Positions 31,272 to 32,000 of a stretch of DNA of 32,000 nucleotides are shown here, piece after piece (within the stretch, counting starts at the first letter, position 1; each line of letters begins with the position of its first letter). Source of the stretch: Vibrio vulnificus CMCP6 (GTDB lineage Bacteria > Pseudomonadota > Gammaproteobacteria > Enterobacterales > Vibrionaceae); assembly GCF_000039765.1 (NCBI RefSeq), contig NC_004460.2, positions 390,001 to 422,000 on the forward strand, written 5' to 3'. Under the pieces are notes generated by a model. It did no database searches. It was not told the origin of the DNA and saw nothing but the letters and a program-made list of their open reading frames with translations. A program made the translations under genes and the position numbers.

Positions 31272-32000
31272 CTAGGATTTGAGCTCGCGACGGAAAAACT
31301 CCACGGTTCTTTGCCAAGCCAACTCTGCCTCTTCTGGCGCATAACGGGCGGTCGAGTCGTTATGAAAGCCATGATTGACCTTCGGATAGATGAAGGCGTT
31401 GTAGCGAGCATTAATGGCTTTTAAATCTTGCTCATAGTCAGGCCAAGTGGCATTCACTCGTTGGTCGAGTTCGGCGAAATGGAGTTGAAGGGGCGCTTTG
31501 ATGTCGGCTCGTAACGATTTGTCTGCTGGCGTGCCATAAAACGGTACCCCAGCATTTAACTGTTCACCCATAACGGCCGCCAACATGTTCACCACATAGC
31601 CGCCAAAACAGAAACCAACCGCTCCTAGCTTGCCATTGCTCAGAGTATGCGTTTTGAGGTATTGCGCCGCGGCGATGAAATCTTGCTCTATTTTTGCTCT
31701 ATCGAGGTTCTTTTGCAGCTCACGGCCTTGGTCATCATTACCCGGATAACCGCCGACAGGCGCTAATGCATCCGGTGCAAAAGCGACAAACCCCTGCTTG
31801 GCTAAACGGCGTGCGACATCTTTGATGTAGGGGTTGAGGCCACGATTTTCATGCACCACGAGCACCACTGGTAGCGGCGTGGTCAGTTGCGTTGGCACCA
31901 CTAAATAGCCTTTGCCTTCGCCATGGCCTTTTGGTGAGGGGAACGTTTGATAACTGGCTTTGATATCGGGGTCATTAAACGACACTTGCTCCGCCTTTGC
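31272..32000 (-). CDS. Dienelactone hydrolase family protein (partial; 5' end probably beyond the right edge)
   Basis: It has the alpha/beta-hydrolase nucleophile elbow GFCFGG and the motifs VVHENRGLNPYIKDVARRLA and HGFHND. The frame stays open from the track's GTG (31985) to base 32000 (AKAEQV...). Confidence 0.8.
   Translation of the reverse strand, partial: AKAEQVSFNDPDIKASYQTFPSPKGHGEGKGYLVVPTQLTTPLPVVLVVHENRGLNPYIKDVARRLAKQGFVAFAPDALAPVGGYPGNDDQGRELQKNLDRAKIEQDFIAAAQYLKTHTLSNGKLGAVGFCFGGYVVNMLAAVMGEQLNAGVPFYGTPADKSLRADIKAPLQLHFAELDQRVNATWPDYEQDLKAINARYNAFIYPKVNHGFHNDSTARYAPEEAELAWQRTVEFFRRELKS

Noticed and set aside
31135-31317. 60-aa minus-strand ORF between the hydrolase and the ANTAR regulator
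   Set aside because: It overlaps the hydrolase 3' end and the regulator's 5' UTR hairpin, and it has no RBS.
1-32000. CRISPR arrays, insertion sequences, prophage or defence-system genes
   Set aside because: Reading all ORFs and intergenic regions turned up none. The only helicase is a housekeeping-type DEAD-box RhlE, and the only repeats are the heptamer array and two in-gene coding repeats.

Overview
The window is a densely coding chromosomal segment. The proteins look gammaproteobacterial and Vibrio-like, but that is my recognition only and cannot be verified here. I found no rRNA, CRISPR, transposase or integrase.

Contents from left to right:
- A partial secreted HExxH peptidase/PD40-propeller gene.
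- tRNA-Cys(GCA) with its own terminator.
- A 10.5-copy CTAG-containing heptamer microsatellite.
- An 80-aa membrane protein.
- A MaoC hot-dog protein.
- A tightly coupled four-gene operon. It encodes a 1370-aa Cache-HAMP-GAF-coiled-coil hybrid histidine kinase with three receiver domains, a CheR methyltransferase, a receiver-less CheB methylesterase and a REC-GGDEF cyclase.
- An IclR regulator plus a degenerate arginase-fold protein.
- RhlE.
- A 995-aa secreted beta-helix protein.
- A YeiR-type COG0523 GTPase.
- A TrmK-like methyltransferase.
- A TPR-GGDEF cyclase, divergent from a 1040-aa lipoprotein with thrombospondin type-3 Ca-binding repeats.
- A nitrate/nitrite assimilation operon (NrtA/NasF-like binding protein, permease, ATPase, nirB, nirD). 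It sits behind an ANTAR dual-hairpin/terminator leader and next to a NasT-like regulator.
- A partial dienelactone hydrolase.

The best candidate for an undescribed system is the kinase-CheR-CheB-cyclase operon. Chemotaxis adaptation enzymes appear there without any MCP, CheA or CheW. The kinase carries a duplicated Glu/Gln-rich 28-aa coiled-coil unit that could be a methyl-accepting site. All functional calls rest on motifs read by eye; no searches were run.
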